Below, piece after piece: positions 49,823-59,025 of a stretch of DNA of 64,000 bases. The notes under the pieces are model-generated. The model did no database searches and was not told where the DNA came from. It saw only the letters and a list, made by a program, of their open reading frames with translations. The DNA comes from an uncultured Candidatus Saccharibacteria bacterium (lineage in GTDB: Bacteria; Patescibacteriota; Minisyncoccia; UBA6257; GWB1-50-10), in assembly GCA_964357525.1 (NCBI GenBank), contig CAYHLH010000001.1, positions 11,719 through 75,718 on the forward strand. The letters are read 5' to 3'. The position numbers and the translations under genes were made by a program. Position 1 is the first letter of the stretch; each line of letters begins with the position of its first letter.

Positions 49823-50254
49823 ATGGAAAAAAAAGGATTCTCAATCGTTGAAGTCATCATCGGACTCGCCTTGTTCGCGCTCATCGTAGCGATAGGAGTC
49901 CCGATATCGCTGAACGCCTATCTCAATTACCTCCTCAATTCCGAAGCGAGGAATTATGTGAGCATTCTCCGGCGGGCGCAGAGCTTCTCCTTCGCGAACA
50001 CGGCGGGAAACCCGCACGGCGTGGCGTTCCTTCCCGACCGGTTCGTGCTCTTCCGCGGGACCTCGTACGCGGCAAGGGACGCGGCATACGACGAGATCTA
50101 CTACATATCGGGCGGGGTCGAGGTTTCGAGCGCTCCGGAGACCGTCTTCTCCTCCATCTCCGGCATCCCGAACCTCTCCGGAACATCGACATTTTCGAAT
50201 GGCAGGCAAACATACTCTGTCTATGTCAATCCTCAAGGAACAATCTACTGGTAG
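49823..50254 (+). CDS. Prepilin-type N-terminal cleavage/methylation domain protein (minor pilin/pseudopilin)
   Basis: MEKKGFSIVEVIIGLALFALIVAIG class III signal. Confidence 0.7.
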   Translation: MEKKGFSIVEVIIGLALFALIVAIGVPISLNAYLNYLLNSEARNYVSILRRAQSFSFANTAGNPHGVAFLPDRFVLFRGTSYAARDAAYDEIYYISGGVEVSSAPETVFSSISGIPNLSGTSTFSNGRQTYSVYVNPQGTIYW

Positions 50255-51656
50255 GAGGGGCGGGCAGTCCCTTCTCGACGTCCTCATCGGGCTCGCGCTC
50301 GTCACGATAGTGATCGCGTTCGGCATCATACTCGTCTTCGGGGGTCAGAACGTGCTCACCGACCGCGAATCCTCTCTCGAGGCGCAATCCCTCGCCGCGG
50401 AGGGCATAGACGGCGCGCGGGAAGTGCTGCACCGCGAATGGGACGAGATCCCGGACGGGACGTACGGACTCGTGTTCGCGAGCGGCACGTGGGCTTTTTC
50501 CGGGACCGAGGACGTTTCCGGGGCGTATCGGCGCAAGATCGCCGTCGCAACCGCGGGCGAGGACGAGCGCGAGGTGAAAAGCGAGGTCACGTGGCAAACG
50601 GAGAACCTGCGGATGCTCGAAGTGGAATACGTGACGAAGGTGACGAATTGGAGGACCGTGCTCCACACCGGCGGGGACACGGGCGGAGGGGGACCTTCCG
50701 GAAACTGGCAAAACCCCCAGTCGCTCGGCTCCGCCGACGTCGGCTCGGGGAACCAGGCGACCGACATCGACGTCGTGGACAAGATCGTCTACATCTCCAC
50801 GGCGGCATCTTCCAAAAGCAAGCCCGACATTCACGCCTTTGACGTACTGAATCCCGCTATGCCCATCCTCATGGACAACATCGAAGTGAACGCCTACGCC
50901 GTGGAAAGCATCGACTGGAACGGCAACTACGTCTATGGCGCCTCTACGGGCGTCATCCCCGACCTGAAAATCGTTGAAGCCGCAAATCCGAACAATCTTC
51001 TCTTTACCGGGGAATACAACGTGATTACCTTCGTGAACGCCTTGAGCGTCTTCAAGGACAACCAAACGGTGTACCTCGGAACGCAGAAAACCTCATGGAA
51101 CGGCGAGTTGTTCTCCATTGACGCGTCAAACCCTGGAAATCCGTCACAGCTTGACGTCTACGAGGCGAACGCCGACGCAAATGACATTTTTGTGAAAGAC
51201 GATCTTCTTTACCTGCCGACCTCAAACGACAATAAGGAACTCATCGTGCTTGACGTGTCAAATCCGAGCAACCTGACCGAGGTTGGTTTTCTAAATCTGA
51301 GCGGCGGCGTCGACGCGAAATCCATCTTTGTGATGAGCCCTGACAGGGTGTTCGTCGGCGTAGGGAATTCTCTTTACGTCGTTGATGCCACAAATCCCGC
51401 CGCGATGACGGTCTTGGGCCAAATAGACGCGGGGGGCAGCGTGAACGACATTTACGCGGTGGGGTACATGGCGTTTCTCGCCACCTCAAATAGCAACAGC
51501 GAGTTTCAAGTGATCAACATCACGGACCCGCAGAATCCCGTCTTGTGGTCGTCGCTGAACTTCCCGCAGGTGGCCACCGGCGTCGACTACGAGGACAACG
51601 TCGTCTACGTGTCCGTGCGCTCCAACGACGGATTGCGCATTATCACCTCACAATGA
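50199..51656 (+). CDS. Pilin-like N-terminus fused to LVIVD-repeat beta-propeller domain
   Basis: Hydrophobic pilin-like helix GQSLLDVLIGLALVTIVIA followed by repeated (D/N)xSNP motifs (IVLDVSNPSNL, YVVDATNPAAM, VINITDPQNP); true start probably a few codons in. Confidence 0.6.
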   Translation: MAGKHTLSMSILKEQSTGRRGGQSLLDVLIGLALVTIVIAFGIILVFGGQNVLTDRESSLEAQSLAAEGIDGAREVLHREWDEIPDGTYGLVFASGTWAFSGTEDVSGAYRRKIAVATAGEDEREVKSEVTWQTENLRMLEVEYVTKVTNWRTVLHTGGDTGGGGPSGNWQNPQSLGSADVGSGNQATDIDVVDKIVYISTAASSKSKPDIHAFDVLNPAMPILMDNIEVNAYAVESIDWNGNYVYGASTGVIPDLKIVEAANPNNLLFTGEYNVITFVNALSVFKDNQTVYLGTQKTSWNGELFSIDASNPGNPSQLDVYEANADANDIFVKDDLLYLPTSNDNKELIVLDVSNPSNLTEVGFLNLSGGVDAKSIFVMSPDRVFVGVGNSLYVVDATNPAAMTVLGQIDAGGSVNDIYAVGYMAFLATSNSNSEFQVINITDPQNPVLWSSLNFPQVATGVDYEDNVVYVSVRSNDGLRIITSQ

Positions 51657-52171
51657 ATCCCGCACACACACGCCGGAAAGGTTCAACCCTCATAGAGATC
51701 TTGATCTACTCGCTCCTCCTCGCGCTCTTCATCAGCGCGGCATTCATCTTCCTCGGCGGCGTTCTCAGTTCGTCGAACACCGCGACGGAACGGAACGAGG
51801 TCGTGGCGGGAAAGGAGTTCATCGAGCGGAAATTCGCCTGGGTATTCGGAAGATCGGGCGGCATCCTCTCCCCGGCGCTCGGCTACCCCGCCCCTTCGCT
51901 TTGGGTCTCGGGCGACGACGCGAACGTGTACCCCGCCTCGTTCACGGTGAGCGGCGAGGAACTCTACCTTTCCATGCGCGATACCGGCGGCGAAGGGCTC
52001 CTGGGGGAGAAATTCCCGCTCACCAACGACCGCGTGAAGGTCATCGGCTTCACCGCGGCCAGATTTCCGTCTTCCCAGTCGGCCGGATTCCTCCGCGTGA
52101 ACGTCACGCTCCAAAGCGCGATCTACCCCACTATCGTAGCCACGTCGACCCGCTTCTATTCAATACGCTGA
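51653..52171 (+). CDS. Prepilin-type pseudopilin
   Basis: ORF 51545..52171 trimmed to MNPAHTRRKGSTLIEILIYSLLLALFI. Confidence 0.65.
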   Translation: MNPAHTRRKGSTLIEILIYSLLLALFISAAFIFLGGVLSSSNTATERNEVVAGKEFIERKFAWVFGRSGGILSPALGYPAPSLWVSGDDANVYPASFTVSGEELYLSMRDTGGEGLLGEKFPLTNDRVKVIGFTAARFPSSQSAGFLRVNVTLQSAIYPTIVATSTRFYSIR

Positions 52172-52172
52172 C

Positions 52173-52556
52173 ATGAACACCCGAGGAGGCTACATCGCCG
52201 TCATCTCCGCCGTGATCATCACCGCCGTCGTCATCACGGTCTCCTTCATGCTTTCGAACAGCAATTACCTCGGGCGGTTCGACACGTTCGTTTCGGAAAT
52301 GAGGGAGGCGGCGCGGAACTCCGCGCGCGGGTGCCTCGAGCACGCGCGGTTGAAGCTCGCGGACGACCCCTCATACTCGGGGAACGAGACTGTGGCGATG
52401 GGAAGCTCCACCTGCTCCATACTCACCATAGAGGTGCAGGGGGACGAGAAGATCATCAGAGTATGGGCGCAAATATCGCGGGAACGGGCAAATCTCCGCC
52501 TCAGGGTGGACGAGGACCTCGAAACGGTCTCCTTAGAGGATGTGGAAAACTTCTGA
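52173..52556 (+). CDS. Hypothetical pilus-associated protein (N-terminal TM, PilX-like position)
   Basis: 127 aa within the pilin gene cluster. Confidence 0.4.
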   Translation: MNTRGGYIAVISAVIITAVVITVSFMLSNSNYLGRFDTFVSEMREAARNSARGCLEHARLKLADDPSYSGNETVAMGSSTCSILTIEVQGDEKIIRVWAQISRERANLRLRVDEDLETVSLEDVENF

Positions 52557-52622
52557 ATCCGGCGCGGGGCGCTGTGATATACTGAATCCATCAAGGTCGA
52601 AAGCATACTATACTATAAAGCC

Positions 52623-53069
52623 ATGTTGAAACATCTTATGCGAAGGAAAGGGGGATTCACGCTCATCGAGCTCCTCGTGGTCATCGGCATCATCGCGGTC
52701 TTGGCGGGTATCGTCATCATCGCCTTGAACCCCGCGCGGCAGTTCGCGCAGGCGCGCAACACCCAGCGGTGGAGCAACGTCCAGGCGATATTGAATGGGG
52801 TCGGCCAGCGAACTGCTGACAACAAGGGCATCTTCGAGACAAACTGCGCGGCGGGGGTGATCCCCACGTCGACGACCGTCATCGGCTCCTCATTCTACAA
52901 CCTCGAGCCCTGCATCATCCCGACCTACATCTCCCAGATGCCGGTCGACCCCGTGAACGGGACCTCCACGAACACCGGCTACAGCATCGCGCGGGACGCG
53001 ACGACGGGAAGGATAACGGTTTACGCGCCCGGCGCGGAGCTGAACGACGTCATCTCCATTTCCCGGTAA
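52623..53069 (+). CDS. pilA: Type IV major pilin (PilA-like)
   Basis: KGGFTLIELLVVIGIIAVLAGIV class III signal peptide; C-terminal Cys pair. Confidence 0.8.
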   Translation: MLKHLMRRKGGFTLIELLVVIGIIAVLAGIVIIALNPARQFAQARNTQRWSNVQAILNGVGQRTADNKGIFETNCAAGVIPTSTTVIGSSFYNLEPCIIPTYISQMPVDPVNGTSTNTGYSIARDATTGRITVYAPGAELNDVISISR

Positions 53070-53085
53070 TCCGGTCCAAGAAAAC

Positions 53086-53116
53086 CAAAAACCCTCCGCC
53101 GAGCGGAGGGTTTTTG
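53086..53116. terminator. Bidirectional hairpin terminator (AAAACCCTCCGCCGAGCGGAGGGTTTTT)
   Basis: GC stem with flanking A and T runs after the pilin gene. Confidence 0.55.
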
Positions 53117-53130
53117 GTTGAACGGCAACT

Positions 53131-53364
53131 TTATTGAATCACGGGGCCTCCCGCCGCGGGAACGCCACATGCCTTGCAGTTCTTCTTGTGCGTCACGAGC
53201 TCATAGATCGCCGCAAGACCGACGAGGACGTAGATGACGCGCGAAATGAGCGCGGACATCCCGCCGAAGAGCATCCCTATCTCCCAGCTGAAGAGGGCGA
53301 GGAGGAGCCAGTTCAAACCTCCAACTATGAGGAGGATGAACGAGATTATGTGCAAACCTTTCAT
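53131..53364 (-). CDS. DUF378 family small membrane protein
   Basis: GGLNW...RVIYVLVGLAAIYEL pattern. Confidence 0.55.
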   Translation of the reverse strand: MKGLHIISFILLIVGGLNWLLLALFSWEIGMLFGGMSALISRVIYVLVGLAAIYELVTHKKNCKACGVPAAGGPVIQ

Positions 53365-53460
53365 GGTATGAATATTGAATATCACCGAGCGACCTTTCTC
53401 CTATACATAATCATTCTAACAAATGGCGCCTACGGGAATTATGGGCTATGATGCAGTTCA

Positions 53461-54732
53461 ATGACAAACCCAGGAAAAGGCTTCCACGGCTTAGGCATTG
53501 CCCCCGGAATCCTCGATATCCTCTCGAAAATGAAGATCACAACCCCCACGCCCATTCAGGAGCGCTCGATTCCGATCGCGATGGAGAAAAACGACATGAT
53601 GGGCATCGCGCAGACCGGAACGGGAAAGACCCTCGCATTCGGAATTCCCCTCGTCCAGCACGCGCTCCAGGGAGCGTCTCTCGCGCTCGTCGTCGTGCCG
53701 ACGCGGGAACTCGCGCTTCAGGTCGGCGAAACGCTCTTCAAGCTCGGCGCGAAGCTCAACATCCGCACGGCGACCCTAATCGGCGGCGAGCCGATATGGC
53801 GGCAGACGAAGGACCTCGCGCGCGCTCCGCACATCGTCGTCGGCACCCCCGGGCGCATCATAGACCACATGGAACAGAAGCATATCTCGTTCGGGAAGCT
53901 GGACGCGCTCGTCCTGGACGAGGCCGACCGGATGCTCGACATGGGATTCGCCCCACAGCTTAAGCGCATACTTTCCTCGCTCCCCAAGAGGAGGCAGACG
54001 ATGTTCTTCTCCGCGACGATGCCCCAGGAGATCGTGAAGCTCGCGAAGGAATACCTGAAACTTCCCGTGCGCGTCGAGATCGCGCGGTCCGGCACGACGG
54101 CGGAAAACGTGACGCATGAGATGTTCTTCGTGGCACAGGAGGAGAAATCCCGCCTCTTGGAAAAAATCCTCTACGACTACAAGGGCTCCGTCCTCGTGTT
54201 CTGCAAGATGAAGCACGGCGCGAAGCGCATCGTGACGCAAGTCCGTTCGCTGGGGCACGCAGCCGCGGAGATTCACTCTAACCGCACCTTGAACCAGCGC
54301 AGGGAGGCGCTCGAAGGATTCAAGGCGGGACGCTACCGCGTACTTGTGGCGACCGACGTCGCCTCACGCGGAATAGACGTTACGAACATAGAACTCATAG
54401 TGAACTATGACCTCCCCTCTTCCGCCGAGGACTACGTGCACCGCATCGGGCGTACGGGTCGCGCCGGCAGGAGCGGGCATGCTATTTCTTTCGCGCGGCC
54501 CAACGAGCGCGGAGACATACGGGCAATAGAACGTCTCATCCGAATCACTCTACCGGTCTCGCGCCTTCCGGAGCTTCCACCAACTAGAGCAATAAAAACA
54601 AGCGAGCGCGCGGAACGCGCAATGAGGGGACGCCCTCCTCGGCGGGACACAAGGCCTGCGGGGCGGACTTCCCGCGCACGTTTCGGAGGCCCCTCGCGCG
54701 GACCCCGGAATTTCACTCGGCGGAGGCGGTGA
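53461..54732 (+). CDS. DEAD-box ATP-dependent RNA helicase
   Basis: Q motif, AQTGTGKT, DEAD, SAT, HRIGRTGRAG motifs; Arg-rich C-terminal tail. Confidence 0.9.
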   Translation: MTNPGKGFHGLGIAPGILDILSKMKITTPTPIQERSIPIAMEKNDMMGIAQTGTGKTLAFGIPLVQHALQGASLALVVVPTRELALQVGETLFKLGAKLNIRTATLIGGEPIWRQTKDLARAPHIVVGTPGRIIDHMEQKHISFGKLDALVLDEADRMLDMGFAPQLKRILSSLPKRRQTMFFSATMPQEIVKLAKEYLKLPVRVEIARSGTTAENVTHEMFFVAQEEKSRLLEKILYDYKGSVLVFCKMKHGAKRIVTQVRSLGHAAAEIHSNRTLNQRREALEGFKAGRYRVLVATDVASRGIDVTNIELIVNYDLPSSAEDYVHRIGRTGRAGRSGHAISFARPNERGDIRAIERLIRITLPVSRLPELPPTRAIKTSERAERAMRGRPPRRDTRPAGRTSRARFGGPSRGPRNFTRRRR

Positions 54733-55693
54733 GCTTCGCGGCTTTGATGCCGTTGAGAATCCCCTCCACCTGTGCGATGCTGTCCGCGTCGTAGATGGAT
54801 ACCGCGATTGCATTCTTATCTATCTTTTTCAATACCTTCAACTTTTCTTTGAGGACTCCCGCGCTTACCGCGTCGGATTTCGTGAGAAAGAGGTGTTCGG
54901 GCTTTTCCAAAAGCCCTTTTTTATAATTCCCGAGTTCCGCGCGTATGACGCGGTAATCCTCCTTGGGATCCTCGGACTCGGCGGAAATGAAGTGGAAAAG
55001 GATGCCTGTCCGCTCGATATGGCGCAGAAACTTGATGCCGAGGCCCTTTCCTCCCGAGGAACCCTCGATGAGCCCCGGAATGTCGGCGAGAATGAGCTCG
55101 TAGTACGCGCCGAGATTCGGATCGAGGGTGGTGAAGGGGTAGTTCGCGACCCTCGCCTTTGCGTTCGTAAGCTCGTTCAGCAGGCTGGATTTCCCGACGT
55201 TCGGAAGCCCCACGAACCCGACGTCCGCGATGAGCTTGAGCTCGAGCCGGAGCTCAAAGCTCTCGCCCGGAGTTCCCGGCTCGGATTCCTTGGGCGAGGT
55301 GTTCACGGGCGAGCGGAAATGGAAATTCCCCCTGCCTCCCCTGCCGCCCTTCGCGAGAAGCGCGCGCTCGCCGCCGCGCGAAATCTCCGTGTCAGTGCCG
55401 TTCGTGAGGTTGTGGATGACCGTGCCTACTGGAAGTTTCAGCACGAGGTCTTTTCCGTCGTACCCGTCGCGGAACTGGCTTCTTCCGTCAAGGCCGTTTT
55501 CCGCGGCGAGGACCTTCTTGAAGCGGAACGTTCCCAGGGCGCCGATATCCGACGTCCCCTCCCCGTACACGCTCCCTCCCCTTCCGCCGGAGGCGCCCGC
55601 GGGCCCCAAACTCATCAGATTCTTGTTGAACGCCACGGCGCCCTTCCCGCCGTTGCCCGCGGATATCCTTATGGTGACGTCGTCAATAAGCAT
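54713..55693 (-). CDS. obg: GTPase Obg (ObgE/CgtA)
   Basis: Glycine-rich Obg fold N-terminus (GNGGKGAV, GGRGG) and G domain GLPNVGKSSLL. Confidence 0.9.
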   Translation of the reverse strand: MLIDDVTIRISAGNGGKGAVAFNKNLMSLGPAGASGGRGGSVYGEGTSDIGALGTFRFKKVLAAENGLDGRSQFRDGYDGKDLVLKLPVGTVIHNLTNGTDTEISRGGERALLAKGGRGGRGNFHFRSPVNTSPKESEPGTPGESFELRLELKLIADVGFVGLPNVGKSSLLNELTNAKARVANYPFTTLDPNLGAYYELILADIPGLIEGSSGGKGLGIKFLRHIERTGILFHFISAESEDPKEDYRVIRAELGNYKKGLLEKPEHLFLTKSDAVSAGVLKEKLKVLKKIDKNAIAVSIYDADSIAQVEGILNGIKAAKLTASAE

Positions 55694-55742
55694 TTACTCA
55701 TCGTAACATGCTTCCCTATCGGCGCTAGAAACCGGCAAACGG

Positions 55743-55907
55743 CTATATCTGTATGATGCCGAGGAGGTGATAGACGAGCATCGCAGGCCAGACGATGGCC
55801 TTCAGGACGCCGAAAAGCGCGGCGGGAAAACTCGTGGCGTTCTGGATGTAATAGACGACCGCCCCGACAAAGCCCAGACCGTATATCGCGCCGGAATCCT
55901 TGTTCAT
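55743..55907 (-). CDS. Small hypothetical membrane protein (54 aa)
   Basis: MNKDSGAIYGLGFVGAVVYYIQNATSFPAALFGVLKAIVWPAMLVYHLLGIIQI; not in the ORF track. Confidence 0.3.
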   Translation of the reverse strand: MNKDSGAIYGLGFVGAVVYYIQNATSFPAALFGVLKAIVWPAMLVYHLLGIIQI

Positions 55908-55916
55908 GTTTCAATT

Positions 55917-56609
55917 CTACAACTTTCTCACCCTCTCGGGGAAATTGGAAATGACCCCGTCTACGCCCATATCCTCCACCGCGCGGATGTCCTCCGGCTC
56001 GTTCACCGTCCACGGGAACACCTTGAATCCCTCATAGTGCGCCTTTTCGACGAACGTGCGGTCTATCAGCTTGAACTGGGGATTCACGGAATAGGCATTT
56101 ATCTTCTTCGCGAACGAGAGCGCCTCAGCGAGGTCGGTCTTCGTAAGCACGCCGAGCCGCATACCGGGATCCATCTTCCTGACACTTTCCAATTCCCCAA
56201 ATATGAATGACGTGATGAGAATGTCTTCCCGCGGGGATTTCCAGAATTTTCGGAGATATTCCAGAACCTCCTTGCCTGTCACCTCCTGCTTAATCTCGAT
56301 GTTGAGCTTTATCTTCCCGTCGGCGAATACCAAGAGTTCGTCCAGGGTCGGGATGTGTTCTCCCTTCCCCGCGTCAAGTTCCTTGAGTTCTGCAAGCGTC
56401 TTTTCGGTAACCTTGCCCGTGCCGTTCGTAACGATACTCAAGTCCTCGTAGTGCGTAATGACTATCTCGCCCGATTTGCACCGCCACACATCGGTTTCTA
56501 TCATGTCGGCGCCGTCCGCGAGCGCCGTCCGGAACGACGCCATGGTGTTCTCCGGGGCTTCCCCGGCGGCGCCGCGATGTCCTATCTCCCACACACTGCG
56601 ATGAGGCAT
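55917..56609 (-). CDS. Glycerophosphodiester phosphodiesterase
   Basis: GDPD motifs HRG (IGHRGAAG) and METDV. Confidence 0.8.
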   Translation of the reverse strand: MPHRSVWEIGHRGAAGEAPENTMASFRTALADGADMIETDVWRCKSGEIVITHYEDLSIVTNGTGKVTEKTLAELKELDAGKGEHIPTLDELLVFADGKIKLNIEIKQEVTGKEVLEYLRKFWKSPREDILITSFIFGELESVRKMDPGMRLGVLTKTDLAEALSFAKKINAYSVNPQFKLIDRTFVEKAHYEGFKVFPWTVNEPEDIRAVEDMGVDGVISNFPERVRKL

Positions 56610-56648
56610 ATAGATCAGTATAGGGAACGTGTTGAAACCGAATTAAAA

Positions 56649-57179
56649 CTAAGATTTCTTGGTTTTCAGATATTCTCCCCTGCTCATAAGGCTTTTTGTG
56701 TCCGTGAGCCTATCAAGAAATATCTTGCCATCCAAGTGATCCGACTCATGCTGAATTATCCGTGCGAGCAATCCTTTTGCTTGAAGTTTGAATTTCTTGC
56801 CGTTTTCATCATAGGCCTCAACGGCAACCTCGTAAGACCTCATTACCTTTCCGAAAAGCCCGGATGAAGCCACACTTCCACATCCTTCGTACGCCGATAC
56901 TTGGCGTTTCGAATATTTTTTTATCTTTGGGTTTATAAAAACTCTCACTTTATCGGTTTCATTCGTTTTTCGTAATTTTGTTTTTCTTATTTCCGTCACA
57001 AATATTCTCAGATTTACTCCAATTTGCGGCGCGGCCATCCCCACAAGGTTATGATGCCTCATCGAGTCAATGAGATTCTTAATCGTGTTTTTTGTGGTCT
57101 TTAAACCGAAAGAAACTACGGCTTTTGATTTCTTTCTTATTACGGGATTCCCAACCTGCGTGGAGATTTTAACAACCAT
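56649..57179 (-). CDS. def: Peptide deformylase
   Basis: GMAAPQIG, EGCGS, HESDHLDG motifs. Confidence 0.9.
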   Translation of the reverse strand: MVVKISTQVGNPVIRKKSKAVVSFGLKTTKNTIKNLIDSMRHHNLVGMAAPQIGVNLRIFVTEIRKTKLRKTNETDKVRVFINPKIKKYSKRQVSAYEGCGSVASSGLFGKVMRSYEVAVEAYDENGKKFKLQAKGLLARIIQHESDHLDGKIFLDRLTDTKSLMSRGEYLKTKKS

Positions 57180-57244
57180 ATGATGAGTATACCAAAATTT
57201 TAATGGTTAAAATTCCGGGTTCCGGCTGGGCGGTTTGGGAGGGA

Positions 57245-57808
57245 TTAAAATTTTTTCCGCAAATAATCGGAAAATTGTCTCCAATTACCTATGTTATCTC
57301 CCCAAAATTGGAGCATGTCTTTTTGGGACATTTCCGAGGTGGTTATCTTATACCCGTCCGGTATGAATACCGAGTTCAACGGGGTGTATCTTTTCCTCCG
57401 CGGTTTCATCGTAATTTTTCCCTCTGTCGAATTGCAAAAAAGTTTCGGTTTTTTACCCGGCTCGCAATACGCCAAGCAATCCTTGAAGACCACAGAACGA
57501 TCTTTCTTCCCCTTCATCAAATTTACGTAGTCCTCCGCCCTAAACCAATGATTGACATATTTCACGAACGGTCCGGGGAAACCATTCAGGGCTTTGATAC
57601 ACGCTCCTGCATCGGTTACAAATACAGGCGCTTTGAATTTTTTGCTCGCCCATTCCACGGAAAATGACGCGATATCCTCCACATTCATACTTTGAATTTC
57701 CGGTGGCGCGATATCCTTTTGAATCAGTTTTATATTCAAGCCGGCAAAAGCTTTTTTTGCAATCGCAAATTTTTGCTTATTCCCCGTCAGAAAAATCAGT
57801 TTTTTCAT
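57245..57808 (-). CDS. rdgB: Non-canonical purine NTP pyrophosphatase (Ham1/RdgB family)
   Basis: LTGNKQK N-terminal motif and Ham1 fold. Confidence 0.7.
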   Translation of the reverse strand: MKKLIFLTGNKQKFAIAKKAFAGLNIKLIQKDIAPPEIQSMNVEDIASFSVEWASKKFKAPVFVTDAGACIKALNGFPGPFVKYVNHWFRAEDYVNLMKGKKDRSVVFKDCLAYCEPGKKPKLFCNSTEGKITMKPRRKRYTPLNSVFIPDGYKITTSEMSQKDMLQFWGDNIGNWRQFSDYLRKKF

Positions 57809-57817
57809 ATAAGACCA

Positions 57818-58063
57818 TTAAAGCACTATTTGGGGCGTTTTAGGAGGGCGAGCCGAAGGTACTGAGATTTGAAAATCGAAGTGCTGACGTATCCGGTTGT
57901 TATGAATTGAAAGAATTTTTACGATTTTTCTTGATTTGAAAAAATAATTCCAAAGCCATTTATGGGCAAGTAGAAGGCCGGTTATTAAAATAGTAAAAAA
58001 TATACTAATAACAAGATTTTCCACGAACCATTTTAATGCTGACAATATAAATTTATTTTCCAT
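57818..58063 (-). CDS. Hypothetical small membrane protein
   Basis: 81 aa AT-rich ORF. Confidence 0.3.
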   Translation of the reverse strand: MENKFILSALKWFVENLVISIFFTILITGLLLAHKWLWNYFFKSRKIVKILSIHNNRIRQHFDFQISVPSARPPKTPQIVL

Positions 58064-58141
58064 CGAATTAATTGCTATTTAACCACAATTTTGTTATTTT
58101 TTCAATTTTTAATTTTCGGACAGGGAATCTCATCCTTCGGT

Positions 58142-58411
58142 CTACTCAGGACTTTCAGCACCGCTCGTTTTTTTTATTAAAGAGAGTTTTTTGTCTCTGC
58201 GCCAGCCTTTGATTTCCTTTTCCCTGCGCCGTGCTTCTACAAGAGTTTTGAACTTCTCTGAATGTGCCAAAGCGACAGGCCGACGGATCTTCGTGTAATG
58301 AGCACCCCATTTTGAGTTGTTGTGCTGTTCTATTCTCCTTTTAAGATTATTCGTACAACCCACGTACAATGATTCGTCGTCGCACCGGAGAATATAAACA
58401 AAATACCCCAC
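58142..58411 (-). CDS. GIY-YIG nuclease family protein (UPF0213-like, 89 aa)
   Basis: MGYFVYILRCDDESLYVGCTNNLKRRIEQH; flanked by repeats that resemble the tRNA-Gln 3' end. Confidence 0.75.
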   Translation of the reverse strand: MGYFVYILRCDDESLYVGCTNNLKRRIEQHNNSKWGAHYTKIRRPVALAHSEKFKTLVEARRREKEIKGWRRDKKLSLIKKTSGAESPE

Positions 58412-58525
58412 AGGGATATTTTATCACTTCGTCATCCTTCGTTTACACTCAGGATTCCTCAGTGCCTTCGTCTTTTCTATATTTAGTGGGTCGCAGACCC
58501 TGAGGAGCACAGGGTGCGACGAAGG

Positions 58526-58700
58526 GCTGCGGGACAGGGAATCGAATCTCTAGGTCTCTGACCGGGACCCCGGTCGCTTCGCGACCTAGGGGCCCCAATT
58601 TTTTGGTTTCCCTAGGTCTCTGACCGGGACCCCGGTCGCTCCGCGACCTAGGGGCAGAGCCATGTGTCCTATCCCTAGGTAAATTTATGCCTTTTCCTGC
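58526..58700 (-). pseudogene. Disrupted tRNA-Gln-like copy interrupted by two 44-nt palindromic elements
   Basis: 3' part GATTCGATTCCCTGTCCCGCAGC and 5' part GGATAGGACACATGGCTCTG match the intact tRNA-Gln; two copies of CCTAGGTCTCTGACCGGGACCCCGGTCGC(T/C)(T/C)CGCGACCTAGGGG lie between them; no acceptor pairing. Confidence 0.5.
58551..58653. repeat. Tandem pair of 44-nt hairpin-rich palindromic elements (third copy at 59029-59074)
   Basis: CCTAGGTC...GACCTAGG outer stem, GACCGGGACCCCGGTC inner palindrome; three copies within 550 nt. Confidence 0.7.
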
Positions 58701-58710
58701 TATCCAAAGC

Positions 58711-58781
58711 TGCGGGACTAGGAATCGAACCTAGATTCCATGGTTCAGAGCCATGTATCCTACCGTTAGATGATCCCGCAG
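58711..58781 (-). tRNA. tRNA-Gln (anticodon CTG)
   Basis: Reverse complement TGCGGGATCATCTAACGGTAGGATACATGGCTCTGAACCATGGAATCTAGGTTCGATTCCTAGTCCCGCAG. Confidence 0.75.
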
Positions 58782-58789
58782 CTTTGGAT

Positions 58790-59025
58790 ACCAATAACTT
58801 TTTAAGCTTACCGCCCCACGGGGTGTACTTCAACGCCCATTCCTTTTTACGAGCTTCAGATAATGATTTAAAGAATTCACTGTATACTAACCGCAAGGGG
58901 CGTCTGAATCTCGTACTTTTGACCTTGCCGCCATTGTGAGTAACAATCCTCTTCTCAAGATTCATACAGGTTCCTGTATAAAAATTTCCATCTTTTTCGC
59001 TTTTCAAAATATAAAGATACGGCAT
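58790..59025 (-). CDS. GIY-YIG nuclease family protein (UPF0213-like, ~78 aa)
   Basis: MPYLYILKSEKDGNFYTGTCMNLEKRIVTHN; ORF 58675..59082 is open through tRNA-Gln, so the 3' end is approximate; start trimmed to MPYLYIL; preceded by the third copy of the 44-nt palindrome. Confidence 0.65.
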
